Shown in pieces: positions 1-7,780 of a DNA stretch of 10,533 nucleotides (its first letter is position 1; each line of letters opens with the position of its first letter). The DNA is from Calditrichaceae bacterium (GTDB taxonomy: Bacteria; Calditrichota; Calditrichia; Calditrichales; JBFXGD01). The translations under genes were made by a program, and so were the position numbers. The notes under the pieces are model-generated. The model was given only the letters and a program-made list of their open reading frames with translations, was not told where the DNA came from and made no database searches. Location of the stretch: positions 1 to 10,533 of the forward strand of contig JBFXLE010000048.1 of the NCBI GenBank assembly GCA_050173015.1. The letters run 5' to 3'.

Positions 1-146
1 TTGTCTTGATAAAGCCCATTTAAATTGCCCTTAGTTTATCAATGAGTTCTGATGCTGTAAATATACATAACTTCATGTTAATTAGAAAGTTAAAAGAAAC
101 TGCAACATCCTGTGGCAAGGGGGAAACCTCTGATGTCCATTTTCTT

Positions 147-187
147 AATCATGGTCATCATTTAATCGAACGAATCACAGTTCAGAC
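147..187. repeat. 41-bp dispersed AATC-periodic repeat module, copy 1
   Basis: aatcatggtcatcatttaatcgaacgaatcacagttcagac matches 9988-10028 and 10322-10362 at 34/41 positions, ungapped, same orientation. Confidence 0.85.
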
Positions 188-207
188 AATTTCCCATTCT
201 TCCACTT

Positions 208-232
208 CAGACGCAGATTGCTGCGTATCTAC
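208..232 (-). repeat. GTAG-type REP-like hairpin
   Basis: Minus strand reads GTAG-AT-ACGCAG-caat-CTGCGT-CTG: a 6-bp perfect stem (211-216/221-226) with a 5' GTAG tetranucleotide (229-232), the layout of RAYT-associated REPs. Confidence 0.5.
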
Positions 233-255
233 GATGAACCCTCCAATCTTTTTCT

Positions 256-394
256 TCCCCTTCTTACTTCCTTCTTCCTACTTCTTACTTCCCTCTTAGG
301 AACAACCCCCTTAGTCCCCTTTTGGCAGGAGTAAACCGCTTGTTCTTATTCTTTTTTCTTTTATCTTTTTTCTTTTATCTTTTTTCTTCTGACT
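256..394. repeat. Pyrimidine-rich heptamer tandem repeats (CTTACTT/CCTACTT at ~256-297; CTTTTTT/CTTTTAT at ~345-390)
   Basis: 7-nt periodicity is directly visible. tacttcttacttccctctt (279-297) is identical to 10391-10409, and cttttttcttttatcttttttctt (351-374) recurs at 10222-10245. Confidence 0.85.
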
Positions 395-544
395 TTTTTC
401 CCATCCACAAAAACAAAATGATCTTTTTCACGTAGGAATTATTGGTATCATTTATACGATATAGTCAAAGCGAAACGGATGATGTATATTGATTATGCTT
501 CCAATCATCAGTCATACAAGAAAATTTAATTGAAAGGAGTAATC

Positions 545-3500
545 ATGCTGAAACGCATATCCGCGTTTTTATTCTTCCTAGCTTTCTCGTTTAATCTCGC
601 CACGGCTGAATCGCATTTGATGCGGTTTGCCGATGTATCAGAAACAGACATCGTTTTTACCTATGAAAACGATCTCTGGCTTGTTCCCATTGACGGCGGC
701 AAAGCCAAACGAATCACCAATAGTGAAGGTACCGAAATTTTCGCCAAGTTCAGTCCCGACGGGTCCAAAATCGCCTTTACCGCCAATTATGACGGAGGCA
801 ATGATGTATATGTAATGGAAAAAGACGGCAGTACTCCCGTGAGACTCACCTATCATCCGGCATCGGATCTGGTTCTGGACTGGTTCCCCGACGGCAAACA
901 TATCCTGTTTCGCTCGGTACGCGAATACCCGACGCGCGCGCACATGATCTATAAGGTTTCGGTTGACGGCGGCATGCCGGTTAAATTGCCTGTTGACCGC
1001 GCGGGGCTGGCTTCCCTGTCCCCCGACGCCAAATCGGTAGCCTACAACCGGGGTTCAAGGGAATTCCGCACCTGGAAGCGCCACAAGGGCGGCACGGCGC
1101 AGGATATCTGGGTCGGCAGTTTTGAAAAAGGCGATTTTGCCCGCATCACCACCTTTGAGGGAACGGATAATTTCCCCATGTGGCGCGGTAATTTTATCTA
1201 CTTTGTATCTGACCGGGAAGACGGAACCTTAAATTTGTTTAAATATGATTTATCCGCCAAACAAACAACCCGACTGACCTTTTACAATGATTATGATGTC
1301 AAATACCCGTCCATCGGAAAGAATCATATCGTCTATCAGTACGGGGAATCCATTTATCTGTTCGATTTAAAAACCGAAAAATCAAAATTGGTCAACATTG
1401 AAACCTTTAGCGATGCCGTGCTGACCCGCGAAGATTATATTGACGCCGAAAAATTTACCGGTGGTTTTCATCTTTCTCCCGAAGGGAAGAGAGCGGTAAT
1501 GGATATCCGCGGTGAAATCATCAATCTGCCCGCTGATGAAGGCGTGGTTTACAATCTGTCCGAATCATCCGCTTCGAGAGAAAAAAATCCGGTCTGGTCT
1601 CCGGACGGCAAATGGATTGCATTTTTCTCCGACAAGAGCGGAGAAGAAGAGTTATACATCACTAATCCTTACGCTAAAAGCGCGTGGATTCAGCTCACAT
1701 CCAGCGGCAAAGGTTACCGGATGAATCCTGTCTGGTCACCGGACAGCAAATCCATTTTATTCCACGATAAATACATGCAATTGAATCTTGTTGATGTGGC
1801 GACAAAAAAATTAAAAGTTATCGATAAGGCCGATTATGACGACGCCTGGGAAAGATGGGGTATTCAGGATTACCGCTGGTCACCGGACAGTAAATGGATC
1901 GCTTATACAAAGATGGAACAATCCCTTTATGAATCCATTTTCCTGTATTCTGTGGCCGCCGATAAGATCTATCGCGTGACCGAAGATATCACCCAGGATT
2001 GGAGCCCATCCTTTAGCGCCGACGGCAAGTATCTGTATTTTCTTTCGAACCGCAGTTTTCAGCCGGTGATGGGATTTGTGGATCAGAATCATATTTTTCT
2101 TGATATGACCCGGCCCCATGTTCTGATATTAAAAGAAGGCGATCCATCGCCCTTCGCGCCCAAAAACATTACGGACGCGACAAAAGACGATGAAACATCA
2201 CGCGCTGACAATGTGATGATTACGCTTTCCGGATTTGATAAACGCGTTGTTGCCGCCCCGGTGAAACCGGCAAATCTTTTCAGGCTTGAAGCGGTGAACG
2301 GCGGATTTGTTTATCTCAAAAAAGATAAGAATGAATTCCTAAAATATCAGACCGTAACGGATGCCAACAGCGCCGCTAATCTGGATTTGTACAAATTTGA
2401 TTTGAAGTCCGCCAAAGAAGAAAAACTGATGAGCGGAATCAGCCAGTATCATCTGACCGGCGACAGCAAAAATCTGATATACAAATCGGGTAAAACATTC
2501 GGGATCACAAAAACCGGTTCGGCAGGTGTCGGAGACGGAAAGCTCGGCCTGTCACGCGTTACCGTGAAAATTGACCCGAAACAGGAATTCATGCAGATAT
2601 ACAACGAAGCCTGGCGTGTGCAGCGTGACTGGTTTTATGATAAAAACATGCATGGCGTGAACTGGCAAAAAGTCGGTGAAAAATACCGTAAATTTATCCC
2701 CTACTGCGGCACGAGAGAAGATGTCAATTACTTAATCGGGGAAATGATCGCCGAATTAAATGTCGGTCATACCTATATTTACGGTGGCGATTATGACCGT
2801 ACAAAACGCATTCCCGCCGGTCTTTTGGGAGCGGAATTTTATTATGATTCAAACGATTCCTACCCGCGTATCAAACGGATCATTCCCGGAAACAACTGGG
2901 ATGACGATGATCAGTCCCCCTTGTACGCCCCGGGATCACCTGTGAAGGCAGGCGATTATATCCTGGCCGTTGACGGAGTTGAAATCAAAAAAGGCGATAA
3001 TATTTATAAATATCTGGAAAATAAGAGCGGAAAAATCATTGAGATCACCTACAACTCAGCGCCGGATATGAAAACCGCCAAAACCTACGTACTAAAAACC
3101 ACCGGTTCCGAATATGGATTGCTGTATAACGAATGGGTTAATCAGAATCGTAAGTTTGTCGATAAAGCGACTCAGAATCAGGTTGGCTATATCCATCTTC
3201 CGGGTATGATGGAAAACGGGCTGATTCAGTTCGCTAAAATATTCTATCCCCAATACTATAAAAAGGGATTTATCATAGACGCCAGATATAACGGTGGTGG
3301 TTTCACCAGCAAAATGATCATTGACCGGCTTGAACGATCGCTGCAGGATTTTACTCAACCGCGCGAGGGAAAACCGATCCGTACCCCGGAACGGGCATTT
3401 CACGGTCATCTTGTTTTGATCATCAATCATGACACCGGCTCGGATGGTGAAATCTTCTCTGAGTCATGGAAACATCTCGGACTTGGCGAGATCATCGGTG

Positions 3501-3793
3501 AACGCACCTGGGGCGGCGCGGTTGGAATCGAACCGCATCAGACACTTATCGACGGCGGCCAAACCACACCTCCGCAGTTCGGTCCGTATAATTTTAAAGG
3601 TGAATGGATTATCGAGGGCCACGGTGTGGAACCGACGATCGAAGTAGTTAACATGCCGGGTGAGGTGTTGAAAGGCAAGGACGCGCAGCTGGATAAAGCG
3701 GTAGAAGTGATTCTCGGCAAGATAAAGAATGAGCCAAAAGCCTATCCTGTTCAGCCGCCCTATCCGGACAAAAGCAAACCGACACTAAAATAA
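545..3793 (+). CDS. Tricorn protease homolog (peptidase S41 with PD40 beta-propellers, C1 domain, PDZ and catalytic domain), with signal peptide
   Basis: ATG at 545 is preferred over TTG at 530 because AAGGAG lies at 534-539 (1082 aa). Sec-type N-terminus MLKRISAFLFFLAFSFNLATA. Many (W/F)SPDG/S repeats. C1 segment IYNEAWRVQRDWFYD, His motif VGHTY (codon 2768), PDZ GDYILAVDG, S41 motifs IIDARYNGGG, GSDGE (Ser codon 3440) and GERTWGG. Confidence 0.95.
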   Translation: MLKRISAFLFFLAFSFNLATAESHLMRFADVSETDIVFTYENDLWLVPIDGGKAKRITNSEGTEIFAKFSPDGSKIAFTANYDGGNDVYVMEKDGSTPVRLTYHPASDLVLDWFPDGKHILFRSVREYPTRAHMIYKVSVDGGMPVKLPVDRAGLASLSPDAKSVAYNRGSREFRTWKRHKGGTAQDIWVGSFEKGDFARITTFEGTDNFPMWRGNFIYFVSDREDGTLNLFKYDLSAKQTTRLTFYNDYDVKYPSIGKNHIVYQYGESIYLFDLKTEKSKLVNIETFSDAVLTREDYIDAEKFTGGFHLSPEGKRAVMDIRGEIINLPADEGVVYNLSESSASREKNPVWSPDGKWIAFFSDKSGEEELYITNPYAKSAWIQLTSSGKGYRMNPVWSPDSKSILFHDKYMQLNLVDVATKKLKVIDKADYDDAWERWGIQDYRWSPDSKWIAYTKMEQSLYESIFLYSVAADKIYRVTEDITQDWSPSFSADGKYLYFLSNRSFQPVMGFVDQNHIFLDMTRPHVLILKEGDPSPFAPKNITDATKDDETSRADNVMITLSGFDKRVVAAPVKPANLFRLEAVNGGFVYLKKDKNEFLKYQTVTDANSAANLDLYKFDLKSAKEEKLMSGISQYHLTGDSKNLIYKSGKTFGITKTGSAGVGDGKLGLSRVTVKIDPKQEFMQIYNEAWRVQRDWFYDKNMHGVNWQKVGEKYRKFIPYCGTREDVNYLIGEMIAELNVGHTYIYGGDYDRTKRIPAGLLGAEFYYDSNDSYPRIKRIIPGNNWDDDDQSPLYAPGSPVKAGDYILAVDGVEIKKGDNIYKYLENKSGKIIEITYNSAPDMKTAKTYVLKTTGSEYGLLYNEWVNQNRKFVDKATQNQVGYIHLPGMMENGLIQFAKIFYPQYYKKGFIIDARYNGGGFTSKMIIDRLERSLQDFTQPREGKPIRTPERAFHGHLVLIINHDTGSDGEIFSESWKHLGLGEIIGERTWGGAVGIEPHQTLIDGGQTTPPQFGPYNFKGEWIIEGHGVEPTIEVVNMPGEVLKGKDAQLDKAVEVILGKIKNEPKAYPVQPPYPDKSKPTLK

Positions 3794-3803
3794 AGTAAAT
3801 CAG

Positions 3804-3834
3804 AGGCTGACCATCCCGGTCAGCCTTTTTTTTT
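3804..3834 (+). terminator. Rho-independent terminator of the protease gene
   Basis: 9-bp perfect stem aggctgacc (3804-3812)/ggtcagcct (3818-3826), 5-nt loop, T run to 3834, 10 nt after the stop codon. Confidence 0.92.
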
Positions 3835-3962
3835 AAAGCCCGCGTCCCTTTCCCGGAAAGTTAAATGCCAAATTCAGCATCCATATAATTGTTGTCCGTA
3901 TAAGTTGAGTCCATTGAACGATGTTGGCAGCAAAACCTAACGAAAAGAGAAAATCTTTATTA

Positions 3963-3991
3963 TTGATATCCAGTCGGGGGTCGCTTATATT
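3963..3991 (+). promoter_or_regulatory. Putative sigma70-type promoter upstream of the lipoprotein gene
   Basis: TTGATA (3963-3968), 17-nt spacer, TATATT (3986-3991). Confidence 0.45.
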
Positions 3992-4088
3992 TTTTTACAG
4001 AAATCCTGCACTCTGCTTTTGAATATTATGGTAATCGCTAAAAAATTCTAGTTTTACTATCATCTCTAAAGATGATTGGAGAGATTAA

Positions 4089-4589
4089 ATGAAAATCGCT
4101 AAATCTTTAATTACGATCATTTTTATTGGTTTTATCTTGCTTGCATGCAGTCGAACAACACATTTAAGACCACATTAACCCGATTCCGATGCTTACAAAA
4201 AATTCAACTATTTGGGAAAAAACAGGAGCGGAATTATTAAACTTCAGGATAACAAAACAATCCATGCAAAAACACTTGAATTAGAGAATGATATCTTAAA
4301 ATATAGCAGTCAGTCAGATTCGGAAAACCACATAAACACAGATCAAATTAAGTCTGTGTATTTTAAGGATCATTTTGTAGGCGGTTTCGACGGATTTCTT
4401 TTTGGGTTTATGGGCGGTGGATTAGTGGGATTATCCACTGTTGATAAAGATGTTGAAGGGGCAGGATGGGCTATTTTAGGTTATGGCGCATTAGGATCTG
4501 CCATCGGAGCAATTGTGGGTGGAATAAAAGGCAGCAAATTGATTTATTATTTTGAGTCAAAGAAAATAAAGAAAAAATCCGGCAAATGA
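4089..4589 (+). pseudogene. Glycine-zipper-like lipoprotein interrupted by an in-frame TAA (nonsense mutation or sequence error)
   Basis: GGAGA at 4078-4082 and ATG at 4089 give MKIAKSLITIIFIGFILLAC (lipobox, Cys20) SRTTHLRPH, TAA at 4176-4178, then PDSDAYKKFNY in the same frame running into the 4212-4589 ORF. The C-terminus has two Gly-rich hydrophobic helices (GFDGFLFGFMGGGLVG; GYGALGSAIGAIVGGIKG). Confidence 0.8.
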
Positions 4590-4766
4590 AGCGATTAAAT
4601 ACATCTCTGTGATATGCCCATTGATGGCATCAAAAATTACTCAAGAGCTTTTTGACAAAACCACAAGTAAAATTGTTTGAGTACTCAGGGGCTTTGTGAA
4701 GTTATTGAAAGAAGTCACGCGTTTTGCCATTAAATATTATCCGGGGTGATCAAAAAAAGGATTATT

Positions 4767-5495
4767 ATGAAAAAAACGCTCTTATTCATTTTTATTTCGT
4801 TCTTAGCCGCCAGCGCGGGAGATGATCAAACGAAGTCCGGTAATTGGCTTGCTCATTTCGATACCACTAAAACCCGGAGCATCACCGTGTATTACGGGCA
4901 GGGAAATTATCTCGCCGGATTCCGGGACGAAGAACAGTCTTCCGAATCCGCCGAATTCTCTGAAGTAAAAATCCATTTCAAACGTGACTTTCACAAAGAG
5001 TTCGGATACGGATTGTATCTTGGCAGAGTTTTTAACAAACTTACGGGTAGCAGTGATTTTTTACGGTCGCCTGAGGTGTATGTGCATTCAAATGTCACCT
5101 ACGGATCCTTCTATGCCTACATCAACGGCAAATATATCGGATTCAAAATGAGACTCCTGGCCTATGAAAAGGAACGCGCGTTTCACGAGGAAGATCATGG
5201 CACGTCTCTGCTTCCGACCTTTGAGATAAAAATTGGATTGATTAACAGATTGTATCTGAAATATTCCGCGGCGGAAGATGCTGTGCTGGATTCGGATGAA
5301 ATTGGCCTGGTTTATCATTTTAACAATTATTTCACCCGGGCTGAAATCTCAAAACTAAGCGGTGAAAATTGGGATGGTTATTGCGTGAAGATTCAACTAT
5401 TAATTTTTGAAAATATCGTTTTAGATACTCTGTTTATTCAGGATAATGAGAATAGCAGACAGGCCTTCCGAATGGGTATGGGTTATATTTTCTGA
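4767..5495 (+). CDS. Hypothetical secreted protein, probable outer-membrane beta-barrel
   Basis: AAGGA at 4757-4761 before ATG 4767 (242 aa). Signal peptide MKKTLLFIFISFLAASA. Alternating hydrophobic/aromatic strands (FGYGLYLG, IGLVYHF). Ends FRMGMGYIF, fitting the BamA beta-signal (Y-x-F, terminal Phe). Confidence 0.7.
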   Translation: MKKTLLFIFISFLAASAGDDQTKSGNWLAHFDTTKTRSITVYYGQGNYLAGFRDEEQSSESAEFSEVKIHFKRDFHKEFGYGLYLGRVFNKLTGSSDFLRSPEVYVHSNVTYGSFYAYINGKYIGFKMRLLAYEKERAFHEEDHGTSLLPTFEIKIGLINRLYLKYSAAEDAVLDSDEIGLVYHFNNYFTRAEISKLSGENWDGYCVKIQLLIFENIVLDTLFIQDNENSRQAFRMGMGYIF

Positions 5496-5575
5496 TTTCC
5501 GATTAGGAATAATTGTGAAACTGTTGGTATGTGCCCAGAATTAGAGCTATGCAGATACTGAATCAAAATTAATTA

Positions 5576-5610
5576 TTGCAATCATAAGTATATCTTCATA
5601 ATATACATCC
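5576..5610 (+). promoter_or_regulatory. brnT/brnA promoter with overlapping inverted-repeat operator
   Basis: TTGCAA (5576-5581), 17-nt spacer, TAATAT (5599-5604). Inverted repeat GTATAT (5588-5593)-N7-ATATAC (5601-5606) overlaps the -10 box. Confidence 0.6.
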
Positions 5611-5922
5611 ATGAATCAGATTCTTGAAAATTGTAACGGTTTTCAGTGGGATAAAGGAAATTTCGAAAAGAATTGGGAAAGACATCAGGTCACACGAAAT
5701 GAATGCGAACAGGTTTTTTTCAATGTTCCGTTGCTGGTTGAAGATGATGAAGAACACTCTACTCAGGAGAAAAGATGGTTTTTACTCGGACAAACTGATT
5801 CTTCCAGATTACTCTTTGTTGTGTTTACAATTAGAAAAGATCTTATTCGAGTGATTTCTGCGCGTGATATGAATAAAAACGAGAGGGATGTATATAATGA
5901 GCAAATTAAAAAATATTCCTAA
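5611..5922 (+). CDS. brnT: BrnT family ribonuclease toxin (DUF497), type II TA
   Basis: 103 aa with family motifs FQWDKGNFEKNWERHQV, ECEQVF, HSTQEKRW..LG, LFVVFTIR..IRVISAR.M...ER..Y. Confidence 0.92.
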   Translation: MNQILENCNGFQWDKGNFEKNWERHQVTRNECEQVFFNVPLLVEDDEEHSTQEKRWFLLGQTDSSRLLFVVFTIRKDLIRVISARDMNKNERDVYNEQIKKYS

Positions 5923-6175
5923 ATTTAACAGTGAGGATGAGGAAAGACGGTTCTGGGCGGAAAAGGACTCTAACGAGTATATCGATTGGCGTAAATCTAA
6001 ACCCATGTACTTTTCAAAACTAAAACCTTCCACTAAAACGATATCGCTTCGATTACCGGAATTCCTGCTGGATGAGCTGAGGATGCTTGCGAATAAAAGG
6101 GATATTCCTTATCAGTCCTTGATAAAAATTTTCTTAAAAGAGAAAATAGACCAGGAACTGAAAAAAACAGGTTAG
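5897..6175 (+). CDS. brnA: BrnA/CopG-like ribbon-helix-helix antitoxin
   Basis: IPKFNSEDEERRFW N-terminus and RHH-like TKTISLRLPEFLLDELRMLANKRDIPYQSLIKIFL. Overlaps the brnT 3' end. ATG 5897 has GAGGG at 5883-5887; 5888 is an alternative start. Confidence 0.88.
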   Translation: MSKLKNIPKFNSEDEERRFWAEKDSNEYIDWRKSKPMYFSKLKPSTKTISLRLPEFLLDELRMLANKRDIPYQSLIKIFLKEKIDQELKKTG

Positions 6176-6283
6176 ATTAAATTTTTTCTCAAATCAGATT
6201 CGGAGTTTAATTACTCCCGGAGCATACATTTGGTCACCGCAATGTTTATACGGTTTGAATAACGAAATTTTTCTATAGCTATA

Positions 6284-7780
6284 TTATTTATTATTACCTG
6301 AGGCTGCCAGATAGTATCGGTTTTCTTCCGGTACAAGCGGATCCAATATCTCTTCGTTATGTGAAATCAGCAGTATGCCCTTGCCCGCCTGCTGTTTGGC
6401 CTGAATCATTGCGATAATTTTCTGACTGCTGACAAAATCCAGTCCGTTGAGCGGCTCATCCAAAATCAGTAAATCCGTGTCCAGGATGATCGTGCGCAAC
6501 AGGTTCAACCGCTGTTTCTGTCCCCCGCTGAGATATTTGACCGTTTTTTTCAAAAAAGCGTCGTCAATTTCCATATCAAACAGATCGCTAAGCTGCCGCC
6601 GAATTTTTTCGGGTCCGATCTGATCATAATTCGGCAGACCTTTAAATATATCCGTGACAGTCGTATTCAGATTCAATGCTTCATCCGCGTGCTGGAAGAC
6701 CATCCCCGCCTGATTCCCCCAGATGTGTTTTTTCCAGTAACCGGAAGGCGTGGCGGATGTGATTTCATGCCCTCCGATTCTCAGGCTCAGATGTTCCGCA
6801 GGAATCAGTCCCATTATGACCTTTGCAAGCGTTGTTTTGCCGACGCCGCTCGGAGCTTTCACGTAAATCATTTCCCCGGGTCTGATTTCAAGATCCGTTT
6901 GTTCTTTATGATCAGGATCCTTATAAATCATCAAATTCCGTCCGAACACGCGAAACGCGCTACTCATCCGGAGAAGCGGTATTTTTTTTATCCCGGATAC
7001 CTCTGCCGGTCCCGCTGATTTTAGCCAGTCCAGATAATCTGACGGAACAAATTCGCGCAGAAGCAGCTGATTTTCTATAAAATCCAATTCCCGGAAGGTA
7101 ATGGAATCCAGGAGCTTTTCATGTTTTTGATATATTTCGCTGATGATGGAGTAATCATGCGTGATGATCAGCGCGGTAAATGGTTTTTGGCGGTATTTTT
7201 CAAACAAAAGTTCCAAAAACAGATTGCGGAAATGATTGTCAAGACTCCCTGTCGGTTCATCAAAAACAAAAAGCGCCTGTTTTTCATCAGAACCATTGTT
7301 TAAAAAGAGATTGATTTTTTTAAAGGCCATGGCCAGCAGAATGCGCTGTTTTTCTCCGCCGCTGGGGCGGTAAGGTTTTGGATAGATCTCCAGAATCTTC
7401 TTTATGCTTTGATCGTCTGCGGTGTCCCATAAATATTTTAGAATTTCCTGCTCATCATCACCGCCATTAATACTGCCTTCGTTTAACTGGACGCTTAATT
7501 TTATCAGCGGATTCAAATGCGACGACGGCTCCTGGAACACAAAAAATCCGGTTTCCTGCACTTTCCGGGTAAAATCGTTTCTTAGATATTCAATATAAGG
7601 CTGTCCGTCGATGGTAATGTCCAACTCATCCGGGTCCAGAAGCCCGTAAACGGCTTTGGATATGATCGATTTTCCGATCCCCGACTCACCAAACAGGAAA
7701 GTCACCTGCTTCCGCGGGATCCTGAATTCATCGATGGCGGCAAGAGTTCTTCTGCCGGATTTTATGATAATTTTGCTCAT
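6284..7780 (-). CDS. ABC transporter ATP-binding protein with two NBDs (OppD/OppF-like fusion)
   Basis: NBD1: GESGIGKS, Q-loop VFQEP, SGGEKQR, FVFDEPT, LIITHD. NBD2: APSGVGKT, VFQH, LSGGQKQR, LILDEPL, LLISHN. Start overlaps the upstream stop codon (ATGA, 7777-7780). Confidence 0.93.
   Translation of the reverse strand: MSKIIIKSGRRTLAAIDEFRIPRKQVTFLFGESGIGKSIISKAVYGLLDPDELDITIDGQPYIEYLRNDFTRKVQETGFFVFQEPSSHLNPLIKLSVQLNEGSINGGDDEQEILKYLWDTADDQSIKKILEIYPKPYRPSGGEKQRILLAMAFKKINLFLNNGSDEKQALFVFDEPTGSLDNHFRNLFLELLFEKYRQKPFTALIITHDYSIISEIYQKHEKLLDSITFRELDFIENQLLLREFVPSDYLDWLKSAGPAEVSGIKKIPLLRMSSAFRVFGRNLMIYKDPDHKEQTDLEIRPGEMIYVKAPSGVGKTTLAKVIMGLIPAEHLSLRIGGHEITSATPSGYWKKHIWGNQAGMVFQHADEALNLNTTVTDIFKGLPNYDQIGPEKIRRQLSDLFDMEIDDAFLKKTVKYLSGGQKQRLNLLRTIILDTDLLILDEPLNGLDFVSSQKIIAMIQAKQQAGKGILLISHNEEILDPLVPEENRYYLAASGNNK

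Noticed and set aside
1..19. Possible start of a divergent minus-strand gene (ATG at 19, MGFIKT..., AAGG upstream)
   Set aside because: Only six codons are visible; it cannot be supported without the neighbouring sequence.
42..299. 85-aa ORF ending FFFPFLLPSSYFLLPS
   Set aside because: Runs through non-coding repeat modules; the low-complexity tail is translated heptamer repeat; no SD.
627..3720. Short alternative-frame and antisense ORFs inside the protease gene
   Set aside because: Shadow ORFs of a well-supported CDS, with no recognisable motifs.
3865..3942. Possible integron attC site (gttggcagcaa near 3923)
   Set aside because: No properly placed complementary R'' box or L-box pairing found, and no integrase in the window.
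4803..6033. Antisense or overlapping ORFs 4803-4994, 5088-5318, 5624-5854 and 5809-6033
   Set aside because: Overlap better-supported genes and show no protein-family signal.
6202..6217. ggagt-ttaatt-actcc hairpin between brnA and the ATPase as a bidirectional terminator
   Set aside because: Only a 5-bp stem with no adjacent U-tract on either strand.
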